From a virus (lineage: Duplodnaviria > Caudoviricetes), in the IMG/VR virus record IMGVR_UViG_3300017777_004285, positions 1 through 34,489 of that record: 34,489 nt of DNA. One strand, given 5' to 3'. This document shows positions 33,888 through 34,489 of the stretch, piece after piece. Position 1 is the stretch's first letter. Each line of letters starts with the position of its first letter. The notes beneath the pieces are model-generated. The model was not told the origin of the DNA, searched no databases, and saw nothing but the letters and a program-made list of their open reading frames with translations. Made by a program: the position numbers and the translations under genes.

Positions 33888-34489
33888 TACGAGTGTTGAA
33901 CAAGGTAAGAACTACCATCTTCGCGGCAAGGGCTGGGGCGGCAATGACAGCAAAAAGTATCACTTGCATATTGCTGATCTAGTTTCCAAGTACCAGGCTC
34001 AGACCATGCTTGATTATGGCTGCGGCCGTGGCGAACAATACACTGTGCCAGTACCATGGCCAACACCTGAGTTCAATGTGTTTACTCCGGAGATGACATT
34101 GGATCAACGCATTGGCATTGAATCTTATTTTATGTACGACCCTTGTGTGCCTGGAATTGATCAGCTGCCAGTGGCAGGTTCAAAGTTTGATTGTGTGATA
34201 TGTACACAGGTGGTGGGCAGCATTCCTGATGATGATATGCCTTGGGTAGTGGAGTTACTGATGAGTTATGCAACTAAATTTTGTTTTGTTGGATTGCTGG
34301 ATCCTGCAACACCAGTCAAAAGCAAAAAACAAGAATTGTACGACAAGCAATACTTCTCAGTCCAACGTACACAACAATGGTATTGGGATCAGTTCAAAGA
34401 CTGGCAGGGGTCAGACTTGTATATCTATTTCAAAGGGCCCGAACCTTACCAAGCAGATTGGCATGTGGACAACGCCTATCAGTCTGATT
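33868..34489 (+). CDS. Class I SAM-dependent methyltransferase (open to window edge; absent from the ORF track)
   Basis: Manual translation: MPSEYYNTSVEQGKNYH...TMLDYGCGRG...YDPCVP...FDCVICTQVVGSIP; no stop before 34489. Confidence 0.85.
   Translation, partial: MPSEYYNTSVEQGKNYHLRGKGWGGNDSKKYHLHIADLVSKYQAQTMLDYGCGRGEQYTVPVPWPTPEFNVFTPEMTLDQRIGIESYFMYDPCVPGIDQLPVAGSKFDCVICTQVVGSIPDDDMPWVVELLMSYATKFCFVGLLDPATPVKSKKQELYDKQYFSVQRTQQWYWDQFKDWQGSDLYIYFKGPEPYQADWHVDNAYQSD

Noticed and set aside
1-34489. Stop-codon reassignment as seen in some large phages
   Set aside because: Conserved genes are uninterrupted in code 11, and TAA, TGA and TAG all end genes at tight junctions.
24482-34489. Bacterial capsule/LPS locus (host contamination)
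   Set aside because: No transport or polymerase genes; continuous with phage genes and headed by the same TAAATA motif.
1-34489. tRNA or rRNA genes
   Set aside because: Intergenic gaps are short and accounted for by promoters and terminators; no cloverleaf seen by eye (tRNAscan-SE would confirm).

Overview
Gene-dense fragment of a large T4-like/jumbo dsDNA phage read in the standard genetic code. Its host is probably proteobacterial, judging from sigma70-type promoters and the IscU/KdsA sequences. From left to right it carries: (1) an auxiliary metabolic operon, iscU plus an NAD-dependent formate dehydrogenase (missed by the ORF track, cut by the left edge); (2) a block of TAAATA late-promoter genes, several starting M-x-[IL]-x-E like prohead-protease-processed internal head proteins, including a Pol-beta nucleotidyltransferase/ligase-like fusion; (3) replication genes (gp41/DnaB helicase, gp61 primase, a 197-aa miniature DnaE, a gp62-like clamp-loader subunit, UvsW helicase, an AAA+ ATPase) interleaved with accessory genes (Ser-less ACP-like protein, SGNH-like, sulfotransferase-like, KdsA, radical SAM); (4) a roughly 10 kb divergent glycan-modification cluster (glycosyltransferases including two KpsS/KpsC-like, four SAM methyltransferases, a kinase, a nucleotidyltransferase-HAD fusion) running off the right edge. 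Several promoters appear to give leaderless mRNAs. I saw no tRNA, rRNA, CRISPR array or IS element. All family calls come from motif recognition by eye, not from database searches.
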